Both the position numbers and the translations under genes were made by a program. Shown here piece by piece: positions 17,328 through 26,335 of a stretch of DNA of 32,000 bases (position 1 is the stretch's first letter; each line of letters begins with the position of its first letter). The DNA is taken from positions 2,640,001 to 2,672,000 of the forward strand of contig NZ_LN831039.1 in the NCBI RefSeq assembly GCF_001457595.1, given 5' to 3'. Origin of the DNA: Mycolicibacterium smegmatis (GTDB lineage: Bacteria > Actinomycetota > Actinomycetes > Mycobacteriales > Mycobacteriaceae). The notes below the pieces were generated by a model. It made no database searches. It was given only the letters and a program-made list of their open reading frames with translations, and was not told where the DNA came from.

Positions 17328-17855
17328 CTAATCGGTGGTGCCCGGTCGTAGGTAGCCGTCTTCTTCGAGGCGCTGCAGCAGGCCGCCGCGCTGCAGGATC
17401 TCGACGAGGAACTGGGGGTAGGGCTTCGACGTGAGGACGGCCCCGGTCGAGTTGTTCCGGACGGTCGCGTTGACGATGTCGACGCTCAACTCGTCGCCCT
17501 CGGTGACGGCTGACGAAATTCCCGGCACGGCAAGGATCGGCAGGCCGTAGTTGATGCAGTTGCGCAGGAACAGCGAGTTGAAGCTCTCGGCGAGCAGGCA
17601 GGCGACGCCGAGTTCACGAAACAACAAGGCCACCGGCCGGCTCGATCCGAGCCCGAAGTTCGCGCCGCCGACGACGATGTCGCCGGCCCGCACCATCTCG
17701 GGCCAGCCCTTGCGTGATGCGTCGAACATCTCGTGCGCGGCCTGCGGGATCGGCAGTCGCATGGCGTACCCGGGAAACATGTCGTCGGTCGTCACCTCGT
17801 CACCGAAGGTCCACGAGCGACCCGAGAGCACGAGTTCATGTGTGGCGGTCGGCAT
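17328..17855 (-). CDS. Aconitase-superfamily small subunit (LeuD-like hydratase/dehydratase)
   Basis: 175 aa; GDEVTTDDMFPGYAM, GGANFGLGSSRPVALLFRELGVACLLAESFNSLFLRNCINYGLPIL. Confidence 0.88.
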   Translation of the reverse strand: MPTATHELVLSGRSWTFGDEVTTDDMFPGYAMRLPIPQAAHEMFDASRKGWPEMVRAGDIVVGGANFGLGSSRPVALLFRELGVACLLAESFNSLFLRNCINYGLPILAVPGISSAVTEGDELSVDIVNATVRNNSTGAVLTSKPYPQFLVEILQRGGLLQRLEEDGYLRPGTTD

Positions 17856-19096
17856 CAGACACCTCCGGGTGCGGTGATGTGTCCGGCGATGGCAGACGTC
17901 GCAACCGTCGCGGGCGAGGCCATGTAGATCTCGGCGTCGGGACTTCCCATGCGGCCCTTGAAGTTTCTGGTGCTGGCGGTCACGCAGACCTCGCCGGGGC
18001 CGAGCACACCCATGTGGTAGCCGAAGCAGGCACCGCAGGTCGGGTTGGTGACGACGCCACCCGCGGAGACGATCGAGGTGACATAGCCCGCCGCCACCGC
18101 GTCGAGGTACACCTGCTGCGAGGCCGGTGTGACGATCAGCCGTACACCGCTTTTCACCTTCTTCCCGTCGAGAATGGTGGCCGCGACACGCAGGTCGTCG
18201 AGTTGGCCGTTGGCACAGGAGCCGATGAACGCCTGATGGATCGGTTTGTCCTCCAGTTCGCTCACCGGCAGCGAATTGTTGATCACCGTGCCGGGTTTGG
18301 AGACCATGGGTTTCAGAGCGGAGAGATCGACGGAGCGTCGTACCGCGTACCGGGCGTCGTCATCGCCGTTGCACGGGTGCGCATCTCGCGCCCTGTCACC
18401 CAACGACTCCAGACACACCTCGTCGGCCGGGAACACCGAGAAGTCCGCCCCGACCTCCGCGCCCTGCGCGGCCATGGTGCGACGGTCCGACATCGGCACA
18501 CTCGACAGGCCGGGGCCGCCGTACTCGATCGCGTGGTCGGTGGCTTCGCCGTACGTGCCGGCGATGTGCAGGAAGATGTCCTTGCCGTTGATGTGGTCCG
18601 GTTTCTGCCCGACCAGGTCGTAGCGGATGGTCGGCGGAACCATGTGCCACGTCTTGCCGGTGCACACGATCTGCAGGACCTCCGCCGGACCGAGGCCACG
18701 TGCGGCGACGTTGAGGGCACCCGCGGCGCACGTGTGTGAATCGGTGCACGCGAGGTTCTGCCCGGGCAGAGCGAGGGCCTGCTCGGCGATCACCTGGTGC
18801 ACGATTCCGTGCCTGCCCACGTCGTAGAACTTGCTCACGCCGTGCGACCGGGCGAATTCACGTGCCCGCTCACCGCCTGAGGCGTCGCGGATCGACGGCG
18901 CGGGAACGGCGTGGTCCATGACGACGGCGATCTTGTCCGGATCGTGTACTTGCAGGACATGGTGCAGCCGGTCGTGCTGGAACTGCAGGTCGATCAGCAC
19001 GGTCAGGTCGACGTCGACCACCACGGTGTCGCCGGGCTTCGGCGCGGGGTGCTCCGATGCCCTGCCCAGTAACTGCTCGATGACGGTGGATCCCAT
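17855..19096 (-). CDS. Aconitase-superfamily large subunit (LeuC-like hydratase/dehydratase)
   Basis: 413 aa; LACTDSHTCAAGALNVAARGLGPAEV, cluster Cys motifs FIGSCANGQLDDL and NPTCGACFGYHMGVLGPGE, CVTASTRNFKGRMGSPDAEIYMASPATVA. Confidence 0.9.
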   Translation of the reverse strand: MGSTVIEQLLGRASEHPAPKPGDTVVVDVDLTVLIDLQFQHDRLHHVLQVHDPDKIAVVMDHAVPAPSIRDASGGERAREFARSHGVSKFYDVGRHGIVHQVIAEQALALPGQNLACTDSHTCAAGALNVAARGLGPAEVLQIVCTGKTWHMVPPTIRYDLVGQKPDHINGKDIFLHIAGTYGEATDHAIEYGGPGLSSVPMSDRRTMAAQGAEVGADFSVFPADEVCLESLGDRARDAHPCNGDDDARYAVRRSVDLSALKPMVSKPGTVINNSLPVSELEDKPIHQAFIGSCANGQLDDLRVAATILDGKKVKSGVRLIVTPASQQVYLDAVAAGYVTSIVSAGGVVTNPTCGACFGYHMGVLGPGEVCVTASTRNFKGRMGSPDAEIYMASPATVATSAIAGHITAPGGV

Positions 19097-19966
19097 TCAC
19101 ACACCTACGGTTGGAGTCGCGAATCGTTTGCCGACCTCGTCCCAGTAGTCCAGGCCGACGGCACGGAACAGCTCGTTAGGCGACCACTGGCTTCCCGTGT
19201 CGGTGTCACCGTCGCGCAGCGTTGCCAGGGCGTGGTCGACCGCGTCGGCCGCCGCACCGAATGCCAGGCCGGGCGCGATCACGATCGAATACCCTGCGGT
19301 CTGCAGCATTTCGAGTGACACGGGCGGCGTCTTTCCGCGTGGCACGACGTTGAACAGGGTCGGTTTGGAGATCAGCCCGGGGATGGCCGCGATCTGTTCG
19401 GCGGTCTGCGGTGCCTCGATGAAGATGACGTCGGCGCCTGCTTCTACATAACTCCTGGCGCGGGCCACCGCGTCGTCGAAACCTCGTGACGCGAGGGCGT
19501 CGGTGCGCGCGATCACCAGCATCCGGTCGTCGGTGCGTGCCTCGACGACGGCTTCGATCTTGCGCTGAAAGTCCTCTGGCGCAACAACTTCCTTCGAGTC
19601 GAGATGCCCGCACTTCTTGGGGAACATCTGGTCTTCCAGCTGGATCGCCGCGACTCCGGCACGCTCGTACAACTGGACGGTGCGTACGGCGTTGATGATG
19701 TCGCCGAATCCGGTGTCGGCATCGGCGATCAACGGGACGTCGCCGAGCACACCCGTCAGCAGGGCCACACGCGCAGCCATCTCGCTCTGACTCGTCAGGC
19801 CGAGGTCGGGCAATCCGAGCGAGGCGGCGACAGCGGCTCCGGACATGTAGGCCGCGTTGAACTCGCGGCGTTTCACCAGAGCGGCGGTCAATCCGTCGTA
19901 CACGCCGGGGGCCACCGTGAGCGTGCCGGACTCGATCTGCGCATTGAGTTTCCGACGAGCTTCCAT
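19097..19966 (-). CDS. Isocitrate lyase/PEP mutase superfamily carbon-carbon lyase (methylisocitrate / 2,3-dimethylmalate lyase-like)
   Basis: 289 aa; YMSGAAVAASLGLPDLGL, PLIADADTGFGD, IQLEDQMFPKKCGHLDSKEV, VIARTDALASRGFDDAVARARSYVEAGADVIFIEAP. Confidence 0.9.
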   Translation of the reverse strand: MEARRKLNAQIESGTLTVAPGVYDGLTAALVKRREFNAAYMSGAAVAASLGLPDLGLTSQSEMAARVALLTGVLGDVPLIADADTGFGDIINAVRTVQLYERAGVAAIQLEDQMFPKKCGHLDSKEVVAPEDFQRKIEAVVEARTDDRMLVIARTDALASRGFDDAVARARSYVEAGADVIFIEAPQTAEQIAAIPGLISKPTLFNVVPRGKTPPVSLEMLQTAGYSIVIAPGLAFGAAADAVDHALATLRDGDTDTGSQWSPNELFRAVGLDYWDEVGKRFATPTVGV

Positions 19967-20770
19967 TTACCGTCTCCTAATTGTCGTGTTCTGCGTGTCG
20001 CCGGTATCGCGCACCGGTGGGTACTTGCCCTGATATCCAATGGCCAGCGACAGCTCGCGAGCCGCATCGAGGACCATCAGCCCGAGTTCTTCGGCTCTGT
20101 CTTCCCCCATGCGGAATGCCGGTCCGCCGATGGTCATCGACCCGATCAGGCCGCTCGCGTCGAGCACCGGCGCCGCCACCGAGTTCAGCCCGTCCTCACG
20201 CTCGCTCTGTGCGTACGCCCAGCCGCGCTCCCGAATCACCTCGAGCTCTTTTCCGAGCTTCGCGCGACTGGTGATGGTGCCGCTGGCAAGTTTGGTCAGT
20301 CGTCTGAGGTTCGGAAGGTGGTCGGTGAAAGCGAGGATCACCTTGCCTCCGGACCCGGCGTACAGCGGGAGCGTTTGACCGATTTCGGTGTGGAAGACGA
20401 TCGATCTTCGCGACGAGCAGTTGTTGATCACGTATCGGCAGTCGTTGTCCAACAGCGCCAGCCCGGTCGATTCTCCCGAGCGGTCCCGTAGCTCGGCGAG
20501 GATCGGAGTCGAGGCCTCCACCAGGTCGGATCCGGCCTTGGCGACCTCGGCCCAGCCGACGAACCGCAGCGACAGCTTGTATCCGCGCGGGTCCTGGCTC
20601 AATATGCCCCGCTCGACGAGGCTGCGTATCAAGCGGTTGGTTGTCGTCGGTGGCAGGCCGGTACGCTCGCGGACATCCGCGGCCGTGGCCACCGGTGCGT
20701 GAACTGAAAAACAGCTCAACACACTGACGAACCGGTCCAGCATCTGGCCCGACGTTTCCTGATCGGCCAA
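19967..20770 (-). CDS. IclR-family transcriptional regulator
   Basis: 267 aa, TTG start; N-terminal wHTH (TAADVRERTGLPPTTTNRLIRSLVERGILSQDPRGYKLSLR) and C-terminal ligand-binding domain (LAELRDRSGESTGLALL...SVAAPVLDASGLIGSMTIGGPAFRM). Confidence 0.93.
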   Translation of the reverse strand: MADQETSGQMLDRFVSVLSCFSVHAPVATAADVRERTGLPPTTTNRLIRSLVERGILSQDPRGYKLSLRFVGWAEVAKAGSDLVEASTPILAELRDRSGESTGLALLDNDCRYVINNCSSRRSIVFHTEIGQTLPLYAGSGGKVILAFTDHLPNLRRLTKLASGTITSRAKLGKELEVIRERGWAYAQSEREDGLNSVAAPVLDASGLIGSMTIGGPAFRMGEDRAEELGLMVLDAARELSLAIGYQGKYPPVRDTGDTQNTTIRRR

Positions 20771-20778
20771 GAAATCAC

Positions 20779-20813
20779 CCCCACTGAGTGGTTTGTGAAA
20801 CCGCTCACTGGGG
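20779..20813. promoter_or_regulatory. 35-bp imperfect palindrome (CCCCACTGAGTGGTTT-GTG-AAACCGCTCACTGGGG), candidate IclR operator
   Basis: 16-nt arms matching 14/16 around a 3-nt centre, ending 8 nt upstream of the iclR TTG start. Confidence 0.65.
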
Positions 20814-21176
20814 TCCCAGTCAACGTCGAGGAAACACGTCTGTCAAGGGTGGGTAACGCGTTGTTGATTGATTCTCTCGATCACCTCCAGAGCTGCTGTT
20901 CGTAACTGCTCTACGTTCGGAGTCTCTGAGATGCAACGGAATCCGGCGATCGTTGGGCTCTTCCGGTCGCCGAATTGTTCGATATCGAGAGAAACCGGCG
21001 AACTGAATTCTCGGGGACCGTTCGGGCTGTTTCATCCAGTTCGCCGGGCTGTTTTCGACCTCGGCGCGACGGGCGCAGCGCAAACTATCAAGCCCCTCTT
21101 TGTGGATGAAATCGCGTCTGGGGATAACTCAGCGCTGTGGGCCGGCTCTGTCGGTGCGTGTCGGCACGTTGTGGGC

Positions 21177-21545
21177 ATGAGTTCATTGACACGGGCCGAG
21201 CTGGGCGCACTGGGTGAGCAGGTCGCCGTCGAGCATCTGGCGGCTCTGGGTTTGAAGACGCTGGCCCGCAATTGGCGGTGCCGGTACGGCGAACTGGACA
21301 TCATCGCCGAGGACGCGGCGACGGGCACGGTGGTGTTCGTCGAGGTGAAGACGCGTAGTGGTGACGGTTTCGGCGGTCTGGCAGAGGCGGTCACGCCGCA
21401 GAAGGTGCGCCGGATCCGCCGGCTGGCGGCGATCTGGTTGGCCGCCCAGGACGCGCACTGGGCGGTACTGCGCATCGATGTGATCGGGGTGCGGGTGGGG
21501 CGCAGCCGTGATCCGGAGATCGTGCATCTGGCGGGGGTGGGTTGA
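21177..21545 (+). CDS. yraN: UPF0102/YraN family endonuclease-like protein
   Basis: 122 aa (MSSLTRAELGALGEQVAVEHLAALGLKTLARNWRCRYGELDIIAEDAATGTVVFVEVKTR...); followed by comM and dprA as in other actinobacteria. Confidence 0.9.
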   Translation: MSSLTRAELGALGEQVAVEHLAALGLKTLARNWRCRYGELDIIAEDAATGTVVFVEVKTRSGDGFGGLAEAVTPQKVRRIRRLAAIWLAAQDAHWAVLRIDVIGVRVGRSRDPEIVHLAGVG

Positions 21546-21546
21546 G

Positions 21547-23055
21547 ATGAGTTTGGGCAGAGCGTATTCGGTTGCGGTGCGGGGGCTGGACGGGGTGATC
21601 GTGGAGATCGAGGCCGACATCACCTCCGGCCTGCCGAGTGTGAATCTGGTGGGGTTGCCCGACACGGCGCTGCAGGAGTCGCGGGACCGTGTCCGGGCGG
21701 CGATCACGAATTGCGGGAGTTCCTGGCCGATGTCGCGGCTGACGTTGGCGTTGTCACCCGCGACGCTGCGCAAGGTCGGTTCGGTGTACGACCTGGCTCT
21801 GGCGTCGGCGGTGTTGTCGGCGCACACCAAGGCCACGTGGGCGCGGTTGGAGAAGACGGTGCTGCTGGGTGAACTCGCGCTCGACGGGCGGGTGCGCCCG
21901 GTGACCGGGGTGTTGCCTGCTGTGCTCGCAGCCAAGCGTGAGGGGTGGCCGTCGGTGGTGGTGCCGGTCGACAACCTGGCCGAGGCGAGTTTGATCGACG
22001 GTATCGACGTCTGGGGTGTGCGCACGTTGGGCGAGTTGCAGTCGTGGCTGAAGGGTAAGGCCGAGTTGCACGGCCGGGTTTCCGCGCCGACCCGGGGGCC
22101 GGAGCCGGCACCGGATCTCGCCGATGTGGTCGGTCAGTTCCAGGCCAGGCACGCCGTCGAGGTGGCGGCCGCCGGAGCGCACCATCTCATGCTCACGGGG
22201 CCACCGGGCACCGGGAAAACCATGTTGGCGCAGCGCCTTCCCGGCCTGCTGCCGCAGTTGTCACACGAAGAGGCGCTCGAGGTGACCGCGATCCATTCGG
22301 TGGCCGGACTGCTGTCGGGGGACACCCCGTTGATCACCGTGCCGCCGTTCGTCGCGCCGCACCACACCTCCAGCGTCGCGTCCCTCGTCGGCGGTGGCAC
22401 CGGACTGGCCCGCCCCGGAGCGGTGAGCCGCGCCCACCGCGGTGTGCTGTTCCTCGACGAGTTCGCCGAGATGGGCGCCCGCGCACTCGAGGCGCTACGA
22501 ACACCCTTGGAAGACGGCGAGATCCGGCTCGCGCGCCGTGACGGCGTCGCGTGTTATCCGGCGCGCTTCCAACTCGTGCTCGCCGCCAATCCCTGCCCGT
22601 GCGCACCGCCCAATCCGGTCGACTGCATCTGTTCGGCGCAGGCCCGGTTGCGGTACCGCGGCAAGCTTTCCGGGCCGTTGGTCGATCGTGTCGATCTGCG
22701 CGTGGAACTGCATCCGATCAGTGCCGGGGCGTTCACGCCGGAGGCGGCGGAGTCGTCGGCCGAGGTCCGCGCGCGGGTCGCGGCGGCCCGGGGGGCGGCC
22801 GAGGAACGGTGGCGGCCGTACGGCATCCGCACCAACGCCGAGGTGGCAGGCCCGCTGCTGCGCCGCAAGTTTCGGTTGTCGAAGAACACCATGGCGCCAT
22901 TGCGGATCGCGTTGGACCGTGGCGCGGTGAGCATCCGAGGAGCCGACCGTTGTCTGCGTGTGGCATGGACGCTCGCGGATCTGGCGGGCCGGACGTCGCC
23001 GACGGTCGAGGACGTCACACAGGCATTGAGCTTCCGACAGGGCGGGGGTATGTGA
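21547..23055 (+). CDS. comM: YifB/ComM family Mg-chelatase-like AAA+ ATPase
   Basis: MSLGRAYSVAVRGLDGVIVEIEADITSGLPSVNLVGLPDTALQESRDRVRAAI; Walker A LTGPPGTGKTMLAQRLPGLLP; Walker B GVLFLDEFAEM; VLAANPCPCAPPNP. Confidence 0.95.
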   Translation: MSLGRAYSVAVRGLDGVIVEIEADITSGLPSVNLVGLPDTALQESRDRVRAAITNCGSSWPMSRLTLALSPATLRKVGSVYDLALASAVLSAHTKATWARLEKTVLLGELALDGRVRPVTGVLPAVLAAKREGWPSVVVPVDNLAEASLIDGIDVWGVRTLGELQSWLKGKAELHGRVSAPTRGPEPAPDLADVVGQFQARHAVEVAAAGAHHLMLTGPPGTGKTMLAQRLPGLLPQLSHEEALEVTAIHSVAGLLSGDTPLITVPPFVAPHHTSSVASLVGGGTGLARPGAVSRAHRGVLFLDEFAEMGARALEALRTPLEDGEIRLARRDGVACYPARFQLVLAANPCPCAPPNPVDCICSAQARLRYRGKLSGPLVDRVDLRVELHPISAGAFTPEAAESSAEVRARVAAARGAAEERWRPYGIRTNAEVAGPLLRRKFRLSKNTMAPLRIALDRGAVSIRGADRCLRVAWTLADLAGRTSPTVEDVTQALSFRQGGGM

Positions 23056-24173
23056 TGAGCGACGAGGTGCGCAGGGCGTGGGCCTATCTGTCGCGTGTCG
23101 CCGAACCTCCGTGCCCTGACCTCGCGGCGCTGGTGTCCGCGCACGGCCCGGTCGAAGCCGCGAACATGGTGAGGTCAGGCAACGTCGATCCGAAACTGCG
23201 GCGCTGGGTCGACGCACGGCGTGAGGTCGATTGCGCGGCACAGGATCTCGAAGTGCTCGATCGGCTGGGCGGGCGGTTGATCACACCTGAGGACGACGAA
23301 TGGCCGCGGCTGGCCTTCGACCCGCTCGATCGGCTCGCCAAACGCACCGGCCGTGCGCCGCTGGTGCTGTGGGCCGTGGGTCCGGTACGTCTCGACGACG
23401 CCGTCGAACGCGCGGCCGCACTCGTCGGCACCCGCGCAGCGACCGCCTACGGTGAGCATGTCACCGGTGAATTCGCCGCCGGACTGGTCGAGCGTGACGT
23501 CACCGTGGTGTCCGGCGGCGCGTACGGCGTCGACGGAGCTGCGCATCGCGCGGCACTGGCAAGCGAAGGCATCACCGTCGCGGTCGTCGCAGGTGGTATC
23601 GACAATCCGTATCCCGCCGGGCACAGCGCGCTGTTCCGGCGGATCAGCGAGGACTGTCTGCTGCTCAGCGAGTATCCGCCCGGTATCCCGCCGGGACGGC
23701 TACGTTTCCTCACGCGCAACCGGCTGGTCGCCGCGCTGTCGGGGGCGACTGTGGTGGTGGAGGCCGGGCTGCGTAGCGGTGCGGCCAACACCGCGGCGTG
23801 GGCGCGGATGATCGGCCGGCAGGTGTGCGCGGTGCCCGGGCCCGTGACCTCGGCCGCATCGGCTGGGTGTCACGCGCTGCTGCGCGGTGATGCACATCTG
23901 GTGACGCGCGCGGCGGAGGTGGTGGAGTTCGTCGGCCGCATCGGCGAGCTCGCGCCGGACGAACCGCGTCCCGTCACTCGGCTCGACGGGCTCAGTGAGG
24001 GGGAGAAGCAGGTCTATGACGCGCTGCCCGCGCGAGGTGCGGTGACCGTCGAGGAGATCGCGGTGGCGGCCGGGATCGCGCCGCAGCACGTTCTGGGGCC
24101 CTTAGCGATGCTCGAAATCGCTGGTCTGGCGATATCGGAGGCCGGAACGTGGCGGCTGAACAAGCGACGGTAG
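23055..24173 (+). CDS. dprA: DNA-processing protein DprA
   Basis: Start ATG overlaps the comM stop (TGATG); LVGTRAATAYGEHVTGEFAAGL, VVSGGAYGVDGAAHRAAL, TVAVVAGGIDNPYPAGHSALFRRI, GCHALLRGDAHLV. Confidence 0.95.
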   Translation: MSDEVRRAWAYLSRVAEPPCPDLAALVSAHGPVEAANMVRSGNVDPKLRRWVDARREVDCAAQDLEVLDRLGGRLITPEDDEWPRLAFDPLDRLAKRTGRAPLVLWAVGPVRLDDAVERAAALVGTRAATAYGEHVTGEFAAGLVERDVTVVSGGAYGVDGAAHRAALASEGITVAVVAGGIDNPYPAGHSALFRRISEDCLLLSEYPPGIPPGRLRFLTRNRLVAALSGATVVVEAGLRSGAANTAAWARMIGRQVCAVPGPVTSAASAGCHALLRGDAHLVTRAAEVVEFVGRIGELAPDEPRPVTRLDGLSEGEKQVYDALPARGAVTVEEIAVAAGIAPQHVLGPLAMLEIAGLAISEAGTWRLNKRR

Positions 24174-24215
24174 ACGACCTGGGGTGTGAGTGTCTCCGTA
24201 TAGTCGGTGGGGTCC

Positions 24216-24260
24216 GGAGGCGGGCCGACAGATGAGGTCGGAGGCGGGCCGACAGATGAG
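24216..24260 (+). repeat. 24-bp-period tandem duplication (GGAGGCGGGCCGACAGATGAG x2) in the 5' leader of the siderophore-interacting protein gene
   Basis: Copies 24216-24236 and 24240-24260 are identical over 21 nt; the downstream gene starts at 24275. Confidence 0.85.
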
Positions 24261-24274
24261 TTTGGAGGGGCGCA

Positions 24275-25147
24275 ATGGCAGGACGACCCATACACACCTT
24301 CGCGGTGGTGCGTCGTGAAGAGTTGACACCGCACATGGTCAGGCTGGTGCTCGGTGGCAACAACGCGGGCAGCGGTACAGGATTCGGCACGTTCAAGCCG
24401 AGTGAGTTCAGCGACTCCTACGTCAAGCTGGTCATCGTTCCCGAGGGTGTGGATGTCAGCTCGTTGCCACAACCACTGACACTGGACAGTTTTCAAGGTC
24501 TTCCCGAGGCGCAGCGGCCGACAGTGCGCACCTACACCGTCCGCAATGTGGACCCGGAACGTGGTGAGATCACCATCGACTTCGTCGTGCACGGTGAACT
24601 CGGCGTCGCGGGGCCGTGGGCGGCCTCGGCGGCGCCCGGACAGCCGGCGTACCTGATGGGGCCCAGCGGCGCCTTCTCGCCGGACCCAGCGGCGGATTGG
24701 TACCTGCTGGCCGGCGACGAGGCGGCGATCCCCGCGATCAGCACCGCGCTGGAAGCGTTGCCCGACAACGCAATCGGCAAAGCCTTCATCGAGGTTGCCG
24801 GTCCCGACGACGAACTTGAACTCAAGGCGCCTGCCGGTGTGGAGATCAAGTGGATCTACCGTGGTGGCCGTGCCGATCTGGTACCCGAAGACCGCGCGGG
24901 TGATCACGCGCCGCTGATCGACGCGGTCAAGGAGACACCGTGGCTGCCCGGTCAGGTGCAGGTGTTCATCCACGGCGAGGCGCAGGCGGTCATGCACAAC
25001 CTGCGGCCGTACATCCGCAAGGAGCGCGGCGTCGAGGCGAAGTGGGCGGCCTCGATCTCGGGGTACTGGCGGCGCGGCCGCACCGAGGAGACGTTCCGAC
25101 AGTGGAAGGCCGAGCTGGCGAAAGCCGAGGCTGAGGCCACTGCCTGA
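24275..25147 (+). CDS. viuB: Siderophore-interacting protein (FAD/NAD-binding, ViuB-like ferric-siderophore reductase)
   Basis: 290 aa; LTPHMVRLVLGG, AQRPTVRTYTVRNVDPERGEITIDFVVHG, GPWAASAAPGQPAYLMGPSG, WYLLAGDEAAIPAI, IHGEAQAVMHNLRPYIRKERG, ISGYWRRGRTEETFRQWK. Confidence 0.92.
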   Translation: MAGRPIHTFAVVRREELTPHMVRLVLGGNNAGSGTGFGTFKPSEFSDSYVKLVIVPEGVDVSSLPQPLTLDSFQGLPEAQRPTVRTYTVRNVDPERGEITIDFVVHGELGVAGPWAASAAPGQPAYLMGPSGAFSPDPAADWYLLAGDEAAIPAISTALEALPDNAIGKAFIEVAGPDDELELKAPAGVEIKWIYRGGRADLVPEDRAGDHAPLIDAVKETPWLPGQVQVFIHGEAQAVMHNLRPYIRKERGVEAKWAASISGYWRRGRTEETFRQWKAELAKAEAEATA

Positions 25148-25171
25148 CCGGAAGCTGGCAGAGTAGCCGTC

Positions 25172-26335
25172 ATGGCCTACGGCGACTATCAGCTTGAGAT
25201 CTACCTGCAGGGCTTGGCCGGCGTGCTGCCGACCATGCCGATGGACTACGCCACGCTGGAAAGCAAGGCGCAGCATGCGATGCCCGCGTCGATCTGGTCG
25301 TACGTGGCCGGCGGCGCCGGTGACGAGCGCACCCAGCGGGTCAACCGCACCGCGTTCGATCGTTGGGGTCTCGTTCCGCGGATGCTCAACGCCCAACGCG
25401 AGCGCGATCTCTCGGTAGACCTGTTCGGTCTGCAGCTGCCGTCGCCGTTGTTCATGGCACCTATCGGGGTGCTCGGTATCTGTGGGCAGGACGGCCACGG
25501 TGATCTGGCAGGCGCCCAGGCGGCCGCGCGTACCGGGGTGCCGATGGTCGTCTCGACGCTCACCCAGGATCCGCTGGAGGACGTCGCCGCTCAATTCGGC
25601 GACACCCCAGGCTTTTTCCAGCTCTATACTCCGACCGATCGCGATCTCGCGGCGAGCTTCGTGCAGCGTGCGGAAACCGCAGGCTACAAGGCCATCGTCG
25701 TCACACTCGACACCTGGGTGCCGGGTTGGCGCCCGCGCGATCTGTCCACGTCGAACTTCCCGCAGTTGCGCGGCAAGTGCCTCGCCAATTACACCAGCGA
25801 TCCGGTGTTCCGCGCGGGACTGCCACAGCCTCCGGAGGAGAACCCGCAGGCCACCGTCCTTCGGTGGGTCAGCCAGTTCGGCAATCCGCTCACCTGGGCA
25901 GACCTTCCGTGGCTGCGTTCGCTGACCAAGCTGCCGTTGATCCTCAAAGGCATCTGTCATCCCGACGACGTCCGTCGCGCCAAAGACGAGGGCGTCGACG
26001 GCATCTACTGCTCCAACCACGGCGGACGTCAGGCCAACGGCGGTGTTCCGGCCATCGACTGCCTGCCCGGGGTCGTCGAGGCCGCCGACGGCCTGCCCGT
26101 GTTGTTCGACTCCGGTATCCGCAACGGCGCCGACATCGTCAAGGCTCTGGCACTCGGCGCCACCGCCGTGGGGGTCGGGCGACCGTACGTGTTCGGCCTC
26201 GCGCTCGGCGGGGTCGACGGCATCGTGCACGTTCTGCGTTCTTTGCTGGCCGAAGCCGATCTGATCATGGCGGTCGACGGCTATCCGTCCCTGGCGGATC
26301 TCACCCCTGACACGCTGCGTCGCGTCGACGCCTGA
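25172..26335 (+). CDS. FMN-dependent alpha-hydroxy-acid oxidising protein, lactate 2-monooxygenase-like
   Basis: 387 aa; [49 protein letters not shown]..., [56 protein letters not shown]. Close to mycobacterial lactate monooxygenase by recall. Confidence 0.85.
   Translation: MAYGDYQLEIYLQGLAGVLPTMPMDYATLESKAQHAMPASIWSYVAGGAGDERTQRVNRTAFDRWGLVPRMLNAQRERDLSVDLFGLQLPSPLFMAPIGVLGICGQDGHGDLAGAQAAARTGVPMVVSTLTQDPLEDVAAQFGDTPGFFQLYTPTDRDLAASFVQRAETAGYKAIVVTLDTWVPGWRPRDLSTSNFPQLRGKCLANYTSDPVFRAGLPQPPEENPQATVLRWVSQFGNPLTWADLPWLRSLTKLPLILKGICHPDDVRRAKDEGVDGIYCSNHGGRQANGGVPAIDCLPGVVEAADGLPVLFDSGIRNGADIVKALALGATAVGVGRPYVFGLALGGVDGIVHVLRSLLAEADLIMAVDGYPSLADLTPDTLRRVDA

Noticed and set aside
17328-19096. 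leuCD of leucine biosynthesis
   Set aside because: Operon context (ICL-family lyase, IclR, ABC importer) and the altered LeuD motif point to a catabolic hydratase; biosynthetic leuCD is expected elsewhere.
20820-21083. 87-aa minus-strand ORF in the junction region
   Set aside because: No recognisable domain or start context; treated as noncoding.
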